From NCBI RefSeq assembly GCF_018350175.1, contig NC_058368.1, forward strand, positions 190,156,001 through 190,220,000: a stretch of 64,000 nucleotides of DNA. The letters run 5' to 3'. Made by a program: the position numbers and the translations under genes. Below are positions 58,912 to 64,000 of this stretch, in pieces. The notes beneath the pieces were generated by a model that was not told where the DNA came from, ran no database searches, and worked only from the letters and a program-made list of their open reading frames with translations. Position 1 is the stretch's first letter; every line of letters starts with the position of its first letter. The stretch is from Felis catus (lineage: Eukaryota).

Positions 58912-60572
58912 CTACCTAACCCAGAATTTCACTGCCCCCTGAGGTGAAGGAGCTCTGAATATCACAGGGGACTCTAACATCAAAGGAGAGTGTGTTCTGG
59001 GGTCATTTCGTCTGGGGCCATGTACACCCTTGTGATAAAGGTACCTCAAATTAAGAGGCAAGATTATACTGCATGTCAAAGTCAGCAAGTTTAAGGCCAA
59101 CTGGCATCCTATCAACCAGCCCGAGGTGGCAAGGCAGGGTGAAATGAGCATCCTCGCGCTGTGCCGTGACCTGCTGTGAAGCTGCACAGCGGTCATGGAG
59201 AAGAACCCCAGGCAGTGGTTTTGAGTAGATTATGTTATTTATAGAAAACCTCCAAGTTTCTAAAGCAAAGCACTGCATGGAACACAGAAGTCTGTTTCAC
59301 CTAACAGGATTACAGGGGAAGGGATGATGGGTACGGGGAATACACACAGGACTCGAAGGGGGAACACCATGGCACCCTGGACTTTTCCAGCCTGACCTGG
59401 TGTCAGTGCGGCCTGTGTTATGGCAGCCTGGGAGGGCACGGACAGGACACCTGCCTTGCTCACGACCCTAGCTGCTCTACAGAGCATGTCACTTGTGACC
59501 AAAACTGGGGAGAACGGGGGTGGGGGTGTGGGAGACATTATACTATGAATTGTCTACGAATCTTTGTGAAAGCTGCCATTTCTGAGCCAGGCTGGAGATG
59601 GGGCTCTGCCTGCGGGCATCCCTAGGTTTCATACTTTGCTCAGGAGGATAAAATCACGAGAAGCAGGTCTGTTGTCTGCATTCTCCAGTTGCTCCGGGGC
59701 CCTGGGAGGAGGTGACTCAAGGAGGAGGGACTCTCTTCATCAGGGACACAGGAAATCCTTCCCAAGCAGTGTCCAGACACTGCAGGGCTCATCTGAACCT
59801 CCACAACATACAGGAAAGATACCTGTTGCTTCGGGGTGGCTGGATCCTAATTTCTGGAGAGTGATAACCTCTCACCCACCCTGTCCTTCTTTCTTGCAGG
59901 CTGACACTGGCCCCCGACTGACTCTGAGGACAAGCCCCTGAGCTGCAGCCCCCACTCCCACCAGTAACTGATGGAGGGGTGCACGCACTATCCAAACTGG
60001 GGCAATGACCATCCTCCATGGGACTTTGGCAAACATATATGAAAGAGGCTCCCCGTCTTTCCTTTGAAACTGGGGCAGCTACGCTGGTCAGAGGGAAGCT
60101 TACAGCTGCTGCTGGCCACCACCGGGCACAGGCCTGCCTGAGCAAGAAGCTGCTATCAAGGAAAGTCGAGCCCAAGAGAGAGGTACAGGGCATCAGACCA
60201 ACATCATCTGAGTATCCAGATCCAGATCCAGTGAAACTTTTCAGTTCTGGGAGCCAATCCAGTTCCTTCTTTTACACAAGCAGTTTGAACTGGCTGTCTG
60301 AATCTTGCAGGAAACGACTGATGTGACCATTTTCTGATTATTTTCCTGGTCCCACACTGCATGGGACCACAGAAACCGCTACTGCTCCACAGGTAGGGGA
60401 TAATGAGGATTTGATGCCATCTTGAGACAGAACGCTGACAAAGAGCCAGTTCTCCAAGGACTCAGCTCTGCATCCTAGTCCCCAAACTGCAAAAACTGAT
60501 AGAGGCCCAACCCTGCCGTGTTGGAGAATGGCCAGTTTGGTTCTGGAGAAGGAGCCTAGCAGAAGGGCTCTA

Positions 60573-60947
<375 letters not shown>

Positions 60948-61184
60948 TCATAGCTGCTGGGAGGTCTTTCTCAGGGGAGTCCCTAATTCCAGAGCTCATT
61001 TCTAGAGAGCAGCCTGGAACCTGCGGCCAAGTGAGTCAAACCAATCAATTCGTTCACCATGCCCTCTCTGAGAAGCATGATGTCTTACTCAGTTTTGTAT
61101 CTAGCACCTAGGACAGTGTCAGGCACCAGATGGTAGAAGGTTAGGGACCAAGAGTAAGACAGACATTCAGAGAGAGATGCTAAG

Positions 61185-61785
61185 GCATCCAATTGAACAT
61201 CTACTATGTGCCAGGAACTATTCTGGGTGCTGGAGTAAAGTAGGGAACAAAACAGAAAAAAAAGTTTCTACCCTAAGGGGCTTATATGCTAGGGAAGGCA
61301 GAGAACAAAACAAATACTCCATATTAGAATGTGATACACATTATGGAGAAAAATAAAGGGGAAAAGGGAGGGCAGAGAGAGTTGTACACTTTAGTAGGAA
61401 GATCAGAGAAGAAATAACCAAGATGTGACTTTTAGAAAAAAGTTTGAAAGAAGAAAAGGAGAAGGACAGGGATAACTGACAGAAGTGCATTCTGGATGGC
61501 CAGTGCAAAGGCCCTGAGGCAGGCGTGTGCCTGGCATGTTTGAAGGATGAAAAAGTCAGTGGTGGAAGTGGAGTGAGCAGAAGGAAGAAACTGGAGATGG
61601 AGAGGGACCAGGGCCACTGGCTCTTGCAGGCCTTTGTGAGGGGTAGGATTTCCACATTGAAGGAGTCAAGGAGAAGTGGGAGGGTTCTGAAACAGGATAA
61701 CACGGTATGAATTGTATTTTAAAACGGTAGCTGTTGCAGTGCGAATACACTGTAGGGGGCAAAGGTAGAAGCAGGAAGAATCGTT
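61185..61785 (-). mobile_element. L2 fragment
   Basis: attgaacatctactatgtgccagg...cagtgcaaaggccctgaggcagg. Confidence 0.75.
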
Positions 61786-61799
61786 ATAGAGAAACAGGG

Positions 61800-62312
61800 A
61801 AATGAAAATATGTCCTCTCAAAAATGTATGCATGGATATTTACAGCAGCATTGTTTGTAACAGCCCCAAAGTGGATATAACCTAAATAATAAATACATAA
61901 TAAATACTAATAAATACATAAATAAAATGTGGTAGTTCCATAAAGAACAGTATTTGATCATACATTTTGGTATGTGCTACAAGATGGATGGATCTCGAAA
62001 ACAGCGTGCAAAGTGAAAGAAGTCTGTCACAAAAGGTCACATATCATATGATTCCATTTATATGCGATGTCCAGAACAGGCAAATCCATAGGGACACAAG
62101 ATAGATTAGTGGTTACCTAGAGCTGGGGCACATGGAGGGTGTAATGGGTGGCGGTGAAAGGGTTATGGGATTTCTTTTTGAAGTGAGAATGTTCTCAAGT
62201 TGATTGTGGTGGTGGATACACAACTCTGTGAATATACTAACAAAAGTTGTTGAATTGTCCAATTTAAGTGGATAAATTGTATGGTAGGTAAATTGTACCT
62301 AAAAAAATCTGT
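61800..62312 (+). mobile_element. L1MB-like 3' fragment
   Basis: ggatggatctcgaaaac...tatgattccatttatatg...caactctgtgaatatactaa. Confidence 0.8.
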
Positions 62313-62524
62313 TACCAAAAAAGGCAGCTGATCAATAACAAAAAACGGCTAACGCAGCAATTCAGAGAGAGACAGAGAGAGGAGGAGGTGGAGGAAGGAG
62401 AGGAGGGGGAGGAGAGGGAAGGGGGGAAATTCCTGTGAGCTTCACTCCACAGATTTGGTACATGCTACCCGCCAATCATTCCTTTCCTGCAAAGTGCAGC
62501 CCAAGCCACGCTTCCTCCTTCCAG

Positions 62525-62712
62525 GGTCTAGGTCCAATAAAACTTTTTGTCATGACGGGAATGTTCCATATCTGCACTGTCCAACACAGGAGTCACTCAC
62601 ACGCTACTGAGCATGGAATGGCTGGTGCAATGGGGGAATGGAATTTTAAATTTTATTTAGTTTTAATGTAGAGAGTCCATATGGCTAATGGCTCCTGTGT
62701 TAAACAGCATAG
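62525..62712. mobile_element. MER3-like hAT fossil
   Basis: tccaataaaacttt...atgttccatatctgcactgtccaa...gaattttaaattttatttagttttaat. Confidence 0.75.
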
Positions 62713-63429
62713 TTCTAAATTACTGCAGATCCTCCCTTCTCTAAATATCTCATCAGAAGACCCTTAGTTAAGACCCTTAACCCTTAGTTAAGCACTTAAT
62801 CAGTCTCTGGGTAGTTTTTTTTCTCTCTCGGACCTGCCTTCTCAAAGAGATTAGGCTCCTAGGGGCAGGTCCAGGGTGCCAGTGACAGCAGCTGCCATTT
62901 GATAAACTGGCTCTGTAACCAGAGATCTACTTGGCTCTTTACAAACAGACCTCATTTATCCTCACCGCAAACCTGAGATTCGGCATGATTTCCAAGGCGA
63001 GAGAACTGAAGGTGCCAGATGTTAAATAACTCACAGGCACATAAGGACAGGAGAGTAGAACCTTGGGTTTCTCTGCCTGGGAAGCCGGCCCTCCTGGCCT
63101 GGACGGCATGCACCTGCACCTTCCCCAGACATTCCCGTCTCCCATCCTGGCCTGGGCAGAGCTGGGCGCAGGGCAGACATGCGGCCAGTGCTTGCAAGTC
63201 TATTTGCGAAGCTCAGCTCTACAGCGGAGCATGCGTATGCATGGAGTGTGTGGTGGGACTCCCGCCCCAGGGTACAGACTGGTCTTGAAGCGTTCATCCT
63301 GCATTGCTGACACAACCATGATAATCAACCTGTCTGCAAAGGGATTTTCCCTTTGCCACTCCTGTTTAAGCAGCTTGCCCTCTTACCTTCCATTCGTGGA
63401 GGCCCTTGGCTCTCTTTTCTCTTTTCTTC

Positions 63430-64000
63430 CTTAAATGATAGTTCTTCCTGGCTTCCCAGCTGGTCTCCCTGCTGTCACTCTTCCCTCCCCTCCACCCCCA
63501 CCCACCTCCCATCCATTTTCCACACAGCAGCCAGAATGCTGCTGTAAAACCTCAAATCAGAACATGTCACAAGACACCCCCAGTGGCTTCCGTGGTGCTC
63601 GAGTAAAATCCACATATTCTTTTTATGTCCTACTTCCTGGCCCACAGTGCCCGGTAAGGGCCTGTCTACCTCCCCCCATCACCTTTGTCACTCGTCCCTT
63701 CTCAATCTGCAGTTTCCCTGGTTTCATTCTATTTGTTAAACATGCTGTGCTCCTACAGGCCCCAGGACCTTTACCTTTGCTGTTCCTTCCACGTGAAACC
63801 CTCTCCCTCCAATCATCACCCGCCAGCTTCTTTCTCACGATACACGCGTTCAAATGCCACTCCTGACAGCCCATCCCTAAAGCTGCACTATGTCACAGAC
63901 ACCCTGCACCCCAGAGTTATTATGTTTCAGTTTTATTTACTCACAGCACTTACTACACCCTGAAAAGGACTGAATATTGTTTACTGTCAGTCTCTCGTAC
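63430..64000 (+). mobile_element. L2 fragment
   Basis: ccattttccacacagcagccaga...caggacctttacctttgctgttcc...ttcaaatgccac. Confidence 0.65.

Overview
Mammalian genomic DNA, almost certainly a felid (SINEC_Fc-type CanSINEs). The window lies entirely inside CYFIP2 on the minus strand. I traced 21 constitutive coding exons with consistent phases (about residues 130-1013, numbered from the human 1253-aa isoform recalled from memory) plus the 75-nt in-frame cassette exon. Both ends of the gene are outside the window. The 15-kb intron 5261-20630 holds the nested antisense gene FNDC9 (CDS 17900-18613, +). The introns contain CanSINEs, MIR/L2/L1 fragments, MLT1 LTRs, DNA-transposon fossils, microsatellites and a 3'-truncated U6 pseudogene. 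I see no clearly novel protein-coding system. The most interesting signals are regulatory: the K320E A-to-I recoding site with candidate intronic partner sequences overlapping a near-perfect 18-bp hairpin, a strong CTCF motif next to the cassette exon, a GC-AG intron, RFX X-boxes, and the FNDC9 5' architecture. Repeat family names and boundaries are by eye and approximate.
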